A stretch of 63,212 bases of DNA, counting the filler, from Kipferlia bialata (Eukaryota), in assembly GCA_003568945.1 (NCBI GenBank). It is 6 parts of 6 records of this genome, joined end to end, with 100 filler letters (N's around TTAATTAATTAA, not from the genome) between each part and the next. Parts side by side here need not be neighbours in the genome. Positions count along the whole stretch, not along the records: positions 39,116 to 52,044 come from BDIP01001011.1; positions 52,145 to 57,676 come from BDIP01001029.1; 4 more parts are not named here. One strand, 5' to 3'. The position numbers and the translations under genes were made by a program. Below the pieces are notes generated by a model, which was not told where the DNA came from, did no database searches, and worked only from the letters and a program-made list of their open reading frames with translations. This document shows positions 39,394-52,195 of this stretch, piece after piece (the first letter of the stretch is position 1; the number at the start of each line of letters is the position of its first letter).

Positions 39394-41634
39394 TTACCAC
39401 ATAACACATGGAAATGCAAGGGTATTTGCATACTTGACAATTATCACGGGCGACCATACCATATACCCAACCACAAGTGACGATGCTACTATTCCACACC
39501 CTGAGTCTTGCTCCGAGACACTGACCTTGTTTTCTGGATCCTTATCCGAGCCTGACACAGAGGAAGCTACTGATGCGATGTGTGGGCCAATGAGAGTCCT
39601 GAGGGCATCTGAATCCAGTACACCTACGATATCACCGTGGACATTGACCCTGACACATATGGGTGGCGTCTCCTGCGATGAAGAACACATGCGATAGGAA
39701 GAGTTGATCCAGAAATAATACATCCCAATAGAAATATCTAGCGTATTCTACCAATGACTTACATTGATGTCTACAGAGGGGTGATTCCTCTCCATGTGCG
39801 CTGACACACCATGTCTTAGAGTGTAGGTCCTGAGTCTCAGAGTCAACGTGGACAAGTATTGACACTGAGAATAGTCACGATATTAGTAGTATCACTATGA
39901 TAGATACACTGGGAGAGAACAGAACCTACAGTTGGGTGACCTAAGCTCAACTAACTGACGGTGTCAGTCTGGCGCACAGAAGGAACGACTCATATTTGTA
40001 TCAACCATGTTGCATTCATACTAACCTCTTACAGCATGGACACTGGTATCTCACTCCACAATGTGCACTGACGATATGGCATCTTAGACTCCCCTAAAGA
40101 ATGAGCATATCGATCATAAATTTCAGACTGAATATCTGTGTCTTCACTGAGCTATGTAGGAAGGAATGTTAGTTTGTAACTCACGTGGCAAGAGTACTCT
40201 TTGGGGCACAGGTGGCACGTAAGCACTTCATTGCGGTGGGTCTTCCGATGGGCCATGTAGAGCTCTGGATATTAGAGTGATGCCACTATGATACCGAAGG
40301 GCACGAAAGCAAATACATACGAGAGCACAACTTCACCCCAATCCGCCGGTTGCCCCTCACTAAACTATGAAGACGGTGACGGTTTGAGGGACTAGTGTCT
40401 CACCGTGTGTGTTGAACGTCTCCTCACACATCGAGCAGGGATAGGTCTTAGTGCGTCGGGTATACCTGCGCGTGCTGTGTGCATTGGCTATGTGCGAGAA
40501 GAGCATGTATGGAGTGAGAGTCCTGTTGCTGGGGCGATGTAACGTCAGAATGTCGCTTACATACCTCTTGTACCGAATCTCATGCCACACACAGTGCCGT
40601 CTCCGTTCTTGGAACGGCAATCGTAGGGAAGTGTTTCGTGTGTATCGCTGTGTTGGAGCGACAGACGCTCTGGGGTCAGTTGCTTCGGCCATTATAAGAA
40701 GACTCACTAGCCATGACCCCCACACATAGCGTCCCTACTAGTGTCACGAGTACTATAGGTATTGATACTCCCACTGTTTGCAATGTATGGGTGAGTGAGG
40801 ATATATATACGTCCGTGGTTGGCCGAGACCTTTACCTTGCATAACCCCCAGATGGGACTTGTCTGCCTCTCGATGTGTTGTGAGGTGGAAACCCAGCAAC
40901 TCTGGGGTGGGTATCAGTACCGATATTACCACTAGAGTATGATATCAGTATACGAGTATCTCTCCCACTGTATGTACCTCTTGTCTGGAACCGTATCCCA
41001 CACACTGTGCCATCCTTACCCGGGGCAGGACACTGGTAGGGGAGGTCATCGTGGACAGCTTTGTAGTGGGCGTGGAGGAGGGCTGGGGTTAAAAAAGATA
41101 GGGAGTTTGCAGACGTGGGTTCGGCATGTATTGCAATGTCCAGTTACCTAGTGTAGGGAACGTCTCGTCACAGGTAGTCATGGCACACAAGTGGCTTAGA
41201 GGCATGGTGTCAGACCCCTGGTCAGGAGTAGTGTGATCTCCGGGTGTCTGGGGAGTTAGGTCACACTGCCACAGGATACCAAGAAAGTACGACAAATGTT
41301 GGCCCAACTAAAGGGTTGACAAATAGTCACTGACAACTGTAGATAGCTGAGTGACAAGTATATAGTGGCACGCAAGAGTGGAGTCAAAGAGACACACCTG
41401 GCGTGTCCCTGCATCTATATCCATCTCCATCTCAGTGTTTGTGGGCTTAGACTCAAGTGGTACAGGTACCTGTGGCAAATATGTCTCGTTACTAGACTTG
41501 TCAGACGGACATTCACTCCCTTTAGTCGGCTCTCTTCCCACTCTCAACCGGTCCTCTGTTGTCTTTTCTGCGTTAGTGCTGCGCCGGCGGTGTCCTGAAG
41601 AACGGTCCCCTTCGTGCCCTCCCTCCGGTGGCAT
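39394..41634 (-). CDS. C2H2 zinc-finger protein with about 6 fingers, multi-exon (3' end uncertain)
   Basis: Spliced fingers: CAMTTCDETFPTLALLHAHYKAVH; CPAPGKDGTVCGIRFQTRELLGFHLTTH; CRSKNGDGTVCGMRFGTR(D)MLFSHIANAH; CSMCEETFNTHELYMAHRKTH; CHLCPKEYSCHGSLRCHIVSAH; CPCCKRTYTLRHGVSAHMERNH. Confidence 0.8.
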
Positions 41635-41795
41635 ATCAGTGGGATGCTATGGGACTGTAAGAGAGATGTCATGAGTCCATGTTGGATGTTTGACAAGCAA
41701 AAAGTACAAAAGGGTTCACTCGATGAAATGTGGGATTCGGAAGAGTGGGATATAATTAAGATATACAATTGTCCAGCAAGTAACAATCTGCGCCT

Positions 41796-43464
41796 CTATT
41801 CCCTCGATAGCTGGATGAGCCTCAGCACCTTGTCATCGCCGACACTGTCTGCGATATCCGCCGGTGTTCTACCCTCTGAATCGGCTGCACAAGGGTCAGC
41901 ACCTGAGTGTCAGTATCATACTATACATACAATATACAAACAAATACTGATACTGTTGCATTGGGGTAAATATTCGTAAATATATGTAGCACCTGCCAAT
42001 AGGAGGAGTCTCACTATCACGTCGTTGTTGCGGCTCACCGCGAAGTGAAGTGCAGTTCTTCCCTGGGTAAGGATGGTTTGTGAACTATACATCCTGAGCG
42101 TATACTACTGATATATATATGAGTATGTACTTCTATATATATGAGATCTCAGCTGTATCAATGACCCTGACCTTGTGTGTCCTCCCATCAGGCTTGGCAC
42201 CAGCCAGCAGCAGGGACCGAACCCGCTCTTCCGCCCCATCTGCCACCGCTCTGTGGAGAGGGGTCCACTGCTTGGCACCCTCATGTCTGTCTAGATTGGC
42301 TGTATCTATGCCACTCTGCTGCATGTGGCTAGGGGACGAGAGGCCTCTCTCAACAGCCTCTGCGGCAGTCCCTACGTACACCGGGCCTGGATCATTCAGC
42401 CTGAATATGCCCTCGTACCTGCCACTCCTAGACACTGTCAGGGGCCCTATCACACCGCCTCCAGCAACATACACACCCCACCGCAAGAGCTCCTCACCCC
42501 TGAGGCCATGTGGCAGTGGCAGCCCCCTCTTAGCCTCAATCTCTGGGATGGAGAGCCACTCTGCCCCCTCAGACTCCCTGTCTGGCTTGCTCTTAGGTGC
42601 CTGGTGGATGTCGGTGGGTTCCGCGTAGAATATGACCCTCATCCTGGCTGTCTCGGGGGATGTCAGGGAGTGCTCCACGGCCAGTACACCCTTGAGTGTC
42701 ACATCAACACCTGCCATCAGTATGAGTAGTGTGTATATTTATATAGAGAGAGAACGTATATATATATATATATATATATATATGCATGACACTGATTCCT
42801 CTCTCCTCCCGTATCTCTCTTAGGGCTGTATCAGTGTCGGAAGTTACTGGATACACATATACTTTGTATATATGCATATGCCACTCATACCTGTTTCCTC
42901 CTGTCTCTCTCAGGACAGTACCAGAATCAGTATTACATATACTGATACAACTGATTCAGTAGTATATATGTATGTATATGATACCTCCCTCCTCCTGTGT
43001 CTCCCTGAGTGCAATACCAGTATCAGTATAACTTATACTTACACTACTGATTCAGTCTTATGCATATATATAGTATATATATGTATGTATATGGTATTGA
43101 TACCTGCCTCCTCCTGTGTCTCTCTCAGTGCAGCCTCCACAAAGGTCTGGCCGTAGTCGACATGGCCGGCAGGCAGCCACCAGCCGCGGCCTCTGGACTC
43201 AGACACAGCGAGGAACTTGCCTATGGGATTAGGACCATTCCTTCTTTCGTATATACATTCTTTGTGTATGATGAGGAATGGAGTTGTGTGGATCCTAAGT
43301 ATAGCTTCAAAAGATGTATTGTATATATTAGTATACTAGTAATTCTATATATATACTAGTAATTCTCAGACTGGGTCACTTTTAATGAGCATACCTGACA
43401 CAGGATGGCGGCACACCACAACGGCAAAGCCATGCGTCTGGAATGCAATCCTCTTGTCGCCCAT
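41796..43464 (-). CDS. Nudix hydrolase fused to C-terminal ankyrin repeats (5 exons)
   Basis: WWLPAGHVDYGQTFVEAALRETQEEAGV (Nudix box), then WTPLHRAV, GRTALHFAV, GADP and GRTPADIA ankyrin motifs. Runs from ATG 43464 to TAG 41796. Confidence 0.88.
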
Positions 43465-43872
43465 AGTAGCACTAGATCTGAGTCTTTGCAGGTTAGTTAA
43501 GCTGAGTTGTCCTGGATATCAGGAGGTATAGTGAAGTGAGAATAGTGTAGTAATGGGAGAGGTGATTGGATTGGGGGAGTTGGGGGGGGGGGGGGGGGGG
43601 GGGGTCAAACTTTTGTGTGGAGTAGGTCTAGACATCTTACAGTGGCTCCTGTTGGCCCAAACCATAAGACCCGGTCCGAATACAAGACATGGCTGAAATA
43701 TCATACAGAGTTCCAATCTATAAACTCTCCGATCATTAAAGATCCAATGACACCAAATACACTAGCAACAATACAACCTAACCACACTACCGAAAGTATA
43801 ACAAATCTCCGACATAAAGGACACGGAGACACTCAAACCACCATAGGTCGATCCGTTGAAACCAAAGGGAAG

Positions 43873-46523
43873 TCAAGCGAAGTCAAAGTAGGCAGAGTCT
43901 GTGTGTGTCTGGGATGGGGGCCAGAAAGACATGGAGAGGGACCCCTCGTCAGACTCAGTCTCTGACAGGCCTCCCTCCCTGTCTCTGTCTCTGTCTCTGT
44001 CTCTCTCCCTCTCCCTGTGGCCAGACTTCTCTCTCTCCAGTAGTTCTGGCAGAGGGACTAGCTCTGTCAATGGCTGCTTGTGGTCCGAGGCACTGAGGGA
44101 GAGGTGGGAGAGGGAGAGGGCGAGGGAGGCATCGGCATCCGACACACTCTTGGCGGCCTTGCCCCTGCGTCTCTTCTCTCTCTCTCTCTCTCTCTCCCTC
44201 TCTGCCACCTCCTGCAGCAATGGTGCCAGGTACTGGTGGTACCTGCATAACCTGGAGGTCTCCTGGTGTGAGGATGTGTGGTGAACAGGGTAGATATATA
44301 TATATATATAGAGTACACCCCCTACCTTTGGGGATATGTCTGCCAGCAGGGCATGCAAGGGGGGTAGCATGGGGAGAAGGGGGTCGGTGGGGGAGGGGGA
44401 CTGAGGGGCCAGGATGGACTCGACCTGGGGGTGAGTACAGAGAGAAGTAATAACAACGTAAATACTAACAGAGGCAACACCACCGTATATGCCTCCCTGT
44501 TTATCACACCTTTGTGAGCGGGGTGTCTATGGCCAGAGATGCCAGGGACACTCCGATGGAGAGGGAGGGCGAGGGGTCAGAGTCAGTCAGGCGGGACTTA
44601 CCCTGGGGTAAGAGGGGTGGAGACAGAGTAGTAGAGCATAGGGCATTTTAGTATGAGAGAGAGCCTCACCTTGCTCCCCCCCACCGGTGTGAGTGTGAGT
44701 GTGGTGTGGGTGAGTGCGCCTCCCTTCATCAGAGAGGACAGGTCTATGTTGCACGTCAGCACCTCAGCCTTCTTGCAGCCCTGACAGTCAGAGAGGGATA
44801 GAGACGGAGAAGGAAAGACTGGTACGGACACAACCCACCTTAATGTCCACAGCCCCTGTCTCTCTCTCCCCTACATGGTCTGGGGCATCATCTGCCGTCT
44901 CTCTCTCCCTTCCCCTCTCCTTCTCTCTCTCCTTCTCTCTCTCCCTCTCCTCTCTGTTTGATGCCGCTGCCACCTTCGTCTTCTTCACAGTGCAGATGGA
45001 GATCCTGGGGTCAGAGGTATAGTATATACTAATACGTATATATATACAGAGAGAGAGAGAATGTGTCTTCACAGTGCAGATGGAGATCCTGGGGTCAGAG
45101 GTATAGTGTATATACTAATGCGTGTATAAATACAGAGAGAGAGAGAGAGAGAGAGATAATGCGTCTCCACAGTGCAGATGGAGATCCTGGGGTCAGAGGT
45201 ATAGTGTATATACACACACACACACAGAGAGAGAGAAACAATAAGAGAGAGAGAGAGTATGTGTATTCACTGTGGTACCTGAGCGTGGGTGTGGCTGTCT
45301 CCCTCAGTGAGTGCTTGTATGTCAAGGCAAACAGAAGGGACACAGGGGCCTGAGGGGTGAGGGGGGGGGGGTACCACTATCTTCTAAAACGCAGAAATAG
45401 AGGATGTAACTACATGCAACATATACATGGAACTGTACCTGCACTGGGAGCAGTGGCAGGACCGATGCCTGGGAGTGGCTGAGGGAGTATGCTGGGACGT
45501 CAGTCAAAGTACAGCAACAGACACTGCCACAATCACCATATTTACCATATATAGCTAAATAGAGTGAGAGACTGGCGAGACTGACTGTACGGGATATATA
45601 TACAGCACGGTATCACATACTCATCCAGGTCATACCTGATGGGAATGGCCCCTGGGAGAGAGGAGGGGGAGAGGCAGGGAGGGAAGAACCCACACAAAAG
45701 GGAGAGGAGAGCACAGTGCGTGACCTGAGTATAAGAGAGGAGCAGGGTGACATTGCTGCATAAATCCAGTGAAGTATACCTAAACTGAGGTCCAGAAAGA
45801 GAGAGAGAGTATACCTGTCTACAATCTTGGCCCCCACTGAGAGCCCCTTGCCAAATAGAGACGCGCCACTCTGGAAGCACAGGGAGTGCACATGTACATA
45901 GGCCACTCTGGGCACACCTAGGGGGTCAGGGTACTACAGTAACACAAAACAGGTCACATATATAGTGAGTAACTGTATTCACACAATACACTCAATATAT
46001 ATTTGCTACCAACCTGTCTTCCAGTTCTGAACCTTCTCTTCGCCCAGTGGAAGGACGTAGCTACCCTGGTATAAGAGAAGGGGGTAAGAGTGATCCCAAT
46101 TATGTCATCCATTTATGCGAATGAGATCGTTATGGGCAAATAACACAGTAAATATGTGGGATTGGAGTATAAGTGTGCAATTACAAGGGCTTCAGCGATA
46201 TGTAGGGACAATTGGCAGCAGACTACAAATAGGATATGTTGGTACCGGTACCAAATTAGATCATTGATACATACCAACGCCCAGAGGAAGTATCTAGAGA
46301 TGTAGACAACTATACAGCTAAGTATCACACAATAGGGTCATATGGGCGTGCCGCAACGAATACCATGGAGGAGAGAGATGATATATATATATATATACCC
46401 AATATGCAGTAGAGATAGAGTCGGACTGTCCCGATTACCTGCAGCAGAGGGTTGAGCCTCTCGAACGAGCAGAGAGGCTCCATCCGGAATGGGAACACAG
46501 AGACCTGTTGGGGGCTGTCTCAA
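43873..46523 (-). CDS. Hypothetical multi-exon protein with RE/RD low-complexity tracts (start uncertain)
   Basis: GT-AG-bounded exons can be joined into an open frame ending ...DSAYFDFA* at 43873. No recognised domain. Confidence 0.55.
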
Positions 46524-46695
46524 GCTAGTATCCAGCCGCCAGTGTCAGGGATAGAGAGAGAGAGACGTTCCAACGGTCACCTCAGACCAACAATTTCGTC
46601 TACACCCTTTGACAAACACACCGACTCGTGTCCTCTCTTCTTTAAGACGAGTTGCACAGCAGAGCGCTTGTAGAGTCTGGATCTTAAGTTGAGAC

Positions 46696-49210
46696 ATGTC
46701 CTCGTACTCTCCGCTGAGCCTCTCTGGCCCCTACACCCAGGCGGACAGGGAGCGTGACCGGGAGCGTGATGTCATGCGTGACATTGAGAATGGGGTGGTG
46801 CCAAACAGGGTGGGGGAGAGGGACTTCCGCAGCACTGCTCCTCTCTCTGCGTCCCACTCGCTCTCCCTGGCCAAGCCTATCGGTAGTCTCTCTGGTAGCT
46901 TTGGCGCACCCAAGCAGCAGCCTCTGTATGACATGGAGGAGGAGGCGCTGAGGGCCCAGATAGCAGTGCTCACAGGTATAGGGAGGTTTCTATATACAGG
47001 GCCACGAGCTCTCTAGCTGCATTGGAAGTATAACAATCAGTGTGTGTACCCCCCCCCCCCCCCCCCCCCCCCCCCTCCCCCCCCCTCCCTCTAGTCTTTN
47101 NNNNNNNNNNNNNNNNNNNNNNNNNNNNNNNNNNNNNNNNNNNNNNNNNNNNNNNNNNNNNNNNNNNNNNNNNNNNNNNNNNNNNNNNNNNNNNNNNNNN
47201 NNNNNNNNNNNTTTTGTGGGGGGGCTCCCCCCCCCCCCCCCCCCCCCCCCCCCCCTTCCCCCCCACTGGATGGATACCCTTCATGTTTTCCCCTCTCACC
47301 CCTAGGTGCCTTCCTCTGCCCCACCCTCAGTGCCCTCAAGTCCCACAGCCCAGTGGTACGCATAGTGTATTATACATGCTGTTATTTGTGTTGTCCCCTT
47401 CGTTGACTGAATGTGGTTGATACCACATCTCCACTCTTTACCTCTCCCTCTCTCCCTCCCTTACCCCTCCAGACTGGTGCCAGGTGTGTCATAATATGAT
47501 ATACAAGAGTACTAATATCTATTGTTCCATTAGCTGAGTCATATCATTTAGTAGTTTCCCCTCTCCCCCTCCCTTACCCTTCCAGACTGGTGCCCGGTGT
47601 GTCATCCTGGCACCCACCAGAGAGCTGGCAGTCCAGATCGGCATTGTGGCCAGAAAGATGGTCAAGTGAGTACATTACCACTATTCTCTAGTTTGATCCA
47701 TTAGTGATATCCCATACTCTGTACTGACCCGCTAGGTACACTGACCTCCGTGTGTGTCTGCTGGTGGGAGGTGACTCTCTCTCCAACCAGTTCAGTGCAC
47801 TGTCCGGCAACCCAGGTGCATATGGAGTATTGTGTTGTATAGTGTATTGTGACCCCCTCCCACACCACTCTCTCTCTCTCACCTCCAGACATCATCGTTG
47901 CCACCCCTGGTCGTCTCACCCACATCATGGACGAGACCCCAACCTCTCTGTCCCAGGTACATAACCATGAACTAATGCTGTATGGTCATACTGAGTGCAG
48001 TACTTGATCATACAAATACATTGGTTATACTGATACTTCGTCACACTGGTGTAACTGTCACTGATCCCAGGTCCAGTACATGATCATGGATGAGGCAGAC
48101 AGGATGTTCGAGCTTGGTGAGTGGTATATGGTATAGGATACCATAGTATATGTATATATACCTGACCCCAGCCCTGCGTGACCAGGTCATCATTGTGTAT
48201 TATGTCTCTCTATTTATGTATATACCTATGCACCCCCATACCCCCACCTCATCCCCAGCCCTGCGTGACCAGGTCAGCACCATCCGTGATGCCATGGGTA
48301 CCAACGTGCAGACCCTGCTCTTCTCTGCATCCATGCCCAGCACCCTGGCAGACTTTGTCAGGGCAAAGCTCAGAGAGCCAGCCGTCATCAGGCTAGATGC
48401 AGGTGTCAATTATATATACTATACTATATACATATATACATGATATTATACATATGTCAGGGCAAAGCTCAGAGAGCCAGCCGTCATCAGACTGGACGCA
48501 GGTACATTACACTACCCTTTATACCCTATATATATACGCTCATCAGACTGGACGCCGGTGGGGAGAGGCTGTTACTCTAGTTGGTATTATATATATACTA
48601 TGTGTGTATTGAGGCTCACCCCAGACACCAAGATCCCAGAGACCCTCTCCCTCCAGTACATGACAATCAGTGCTGGTGAGAACAAGGTATGCACGCATAT
48701 ATTTGGATGATCATATTTATACCTGTGTACCTCTACCCGCCAGAGTACTGCCACTGTCCTATATATACCTACCTGTATACCTCACCCCCAGGTAGCTGCC
48801 CTGCTCCTCCTGCTCCAGTCCCCCTCCCAGGCCATGCCCGTCACACCCATACCCGCAGACAGCAGGGTCATCATATTCACAGCAACCAGGTATCATGGTG
48901 TCATATTCACACCCATAATGTATCGGTATGGTGCCTCTCTGTTCCAATATGGATCTTCGGGAAGTCTGCTTTTGTACTGTCCCTCCCTCACCCCCAGATA
49001 CCACGTTGACTATCTGACCGCTGTTCTGAGGAGAGAGGGCATCTCCGCGGTCCCCATCTATGGATCACTCGACCAGCAGGTTAGACACACATTTATATGC
49101 ATGCTACAATATGTTGTCATCTACACTGTCTCACCCCAGGCCCGTTCTGCTGCTGTGAATGGGTTCAAGACCAACCAGTACAGGTGCCTGGTCACAACAG
49201 GTAAGCATGG

Positions 49211-49263
<53 letters not shown>

Positions 49264-51923
49264 GTATCTCCCTCACCCCCCAGATGTCGCTGCCCGTGGT
49301 GTGGATATCCCAGATGTGGAGTATGTCATCTGTTACGACATGCCTGCCAGTCCCAAGGTATAGATAGTGAATATATATACACACCAAACTGTTCTGAGCC
49401 ATTTCTCTCTCCCCCCCCCCCCCAACCCTAGGTGTTTGTCCACCGTGCCGGTCGTGTAGCCAGGCAGAACAAGAGCGGTCTGTGTCTGTCCATCGTGACC
49501 CCCGAGGACCTGCCCTACCTCTGTGACACCACGCTGTTCCTGGCCAGGCCCCTGCAGCCATGCACTGAGGCTCAGGTGGGATATATCTATACATATATAT
49601 ATATGTATGTATATACACCTCATACCCTAGATACTATTCCCTACCTCTCTCACCATTAGAATGGATGCAAGGACCTGTCCTTCTGGCTGACCAAGGCGGG
49701 TAGGAAGGGGGTGTCTGAGGGTGCCATTGGGGCAGTGCCCCAGTGCTTCCTCGACATCATACAGGTACATCCTAACTTGCGTGCTCTGTGGGGTTTATCC
49801 CCCGATACTCTATCATCTCTCTCTGGTGTATACTCTACCCCCCAGCCCACCATCGACCGTGCCATGTATTCTTTCTCTATATATATATTCCAATCTCTTC
49901 CTGATCTATACTGTAAACCCTGTGCACCTACCCCAGCCCACCATCGACCGTGCCCTGGATGACCCCGAGGTGGCCAAGATGCGTAAGAGCGTCAACAACT
50001 CCATGATCAGGTATACACACCCACTCAGAGTACTCCCTATGTATACGTGTGCATGTATCTGACCCCCAGGTACCGCAAGACCCGCCCCACCGCCTCCAAG
50101 CCTGCCCTGACCAAGAGCCACTCCATCATGGACGGCGGCATCCCCATGCACCCCCTGTTCCTCAGCTACGAGAGCATCACAGGGCCATCCATCGCTAGCC
50201 TCAGGTGCATACATCTACATATACATGAACTCTCATATATGTATATATATATGATATATGTACCCTCTTCCTCACCCCCAGGAGTGTGCGTCCCACCCAG
50301 TCCATCCTAGAGGTGGGCAGCAGCACCACAGGGCAGGGCGAGATGTCAAAGCTCATCATGCAGACAAGGTATGATAAATAGATTGACCAGGGATTGTGTA
50401 TATATAACATGTATATGCATATAGGTGTGTGTATGTCAAAGCTTTTCATGCAGACAAGGTATTGTATACATTGGTATTTACATGTTGTATTTGCTATACT
50501 TGATATCATACTGGCACCCGATGTAGATGTTAGAATTCCTGCTGACCCCAGGCGTATGGAGATGGACAAGCGCAATGAGCGTCTGACTGGTTTGAGGGAG
50601 CAGGCATCCAAGGTATATATGCATTCATACATACATATATATGTATGGTACTGACCCCCAGGTTATGGCACAGAAGAGGAGCATTGAGTCCCTCCAGGCC
50701 TCCCTGGGAATAGGGAGTGGCAAGTACCAGGGGTCAGGCTTCATCAGTGACAGACCAGAGGACAAGCAGAAGGTACCAGTATATATATATGTATATATGT
50801 ATATTTATATATATAAGAATATATTAATATTATATTTATATATACTAGTATAGACCCTGACCCCCCAGGAGATTGACGAGGCCGGGTATGCCCTGGACAA
50901 CGGGTCCAAGCAGAGCAGACAGGACTCCCTGACCTCTGCCATCATGGACCTGCTGCCAGAGGACCACGAGACACTGACCGGGAATTTGAAGAAGGTATGT
51001 ATATGTGGTATATACATATATATATACTATACTATACTATACTAGGTAGAGTATATAGTATATATGTCTACGAGACACTCACAGGGAACCTCAAGAAGGT
51101 AGGGTATATACAGTGTGTATATACATATATAGACTGGGAACCTCAAGAAGGCATGGAAGGGGTACAGAGATTGTATATACATACATATATGTTTAACCCC
51201 CAGGGCCTTGTGACGAAGTGGGACGCCAAGTCCAAGCAGTATGTCAAGTTCGACAGTGCCCAGCGGACAGCCGAGAAGGCAGCCAAGAAGAAGCAGGCGC
51301 CACTCCTCACGCAGACAGACTCAGGTACGTATATAGAGTATATTGTATATACCTCTATGTCAGTATATGTATATATATATACACACACATTCATAAGGCC
51401 CCACTCCTCACACAGACAGACTCGGGTATGTATATATAGTATATTATATATATATAAATATATATATATATAATATACCTCTATGTCTGTATATGTGTAT
51501 ATATACACACATTCATAAGGCCACACTCCTCACACAGACAGACTCAGGAATATATATATATATATTTATATGTATTAATAGTGTATCAATATACTTAACC
51601 CCAGGTGGCTGGGCCGTGACCAGGGCCAGGGTCAAGGGCAACCTGTACGACCAGTGGAAGAAGAGGACAAACAGGGAGATCCAGCGGACAGGGGTCAGTG
51701 AGGAGCCTGACACCGGCCTCACCGCCCAGGAGCACAAGCTGCAGGGTCTGGGAAGGCATGCAAAGAGGAGGTTCCACATTGAGGTGGGTGAAGACAGCTG
51801 TCTATACTCTCTATCTCTCTTACTGTGTATCATTATGTCTCACTCTCTAGGAGCAGAAGCACGGCAGGCAGGCTAAGGGCCCCCTCAACAGTGGCACAGC
51901 CACAAAGACTAAGGCTGATACAG
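46696..51923 (+). CDS. DBP10: DEAD-box RNA helicase DBP10/DDX54 (interrupted by gap 47100-47211; 3' partial)
   Basis: APTRELA, GGDSLSNQFSAL, ATPGR, DEADRMFE, LLFSAS, IFTATRYHVDY, YGSLDQQAR, TDVAARGVDIP, FVHRAGRVAR, plus DBP10 C-terminal WDAKSKQYV and LYDQWKK. Confidence 0.9.
47100..47211. other. Scaffold gap flanked by C homopolymers
   Basis: N run between C tracts. The helicase Q-motif and motif I exons are missing, so the true gap is probably larger. Confidence 0.9.
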
Positions 51924-51995
51924 GTGGGTTGTGATATCCTACTCTATTGAAGTGTGTACTCTCTTGGGTATCCCCCCCAGTTTTCCTTCTCTCTC

Positions 51996-52031
<36 letters not shown>

Positions 52032-52044
52032 CCGACCGCCCCCC

Positions 52045-52144
52045 NNNNNNNNNNNNNNNNNNNNNNNNNNNNNNNNNNNNNNNNNNNNTTAATTAATTAA
52101 NNNNNNNNNNNNNNNNNNNNNNNNNNNNNNNNNNNNNNNNNNNN
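52045..52144. other. Artificial scaffold-joining spacer
   Basis: N44-TTAATTAATTAA-N44. Confidence 0.97.
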
Positions 52145-52195
52145 TTTTTATAAATATCCCTCCCCCCCCCCCCCCCCCCCCCCCCCTCACTCTAG

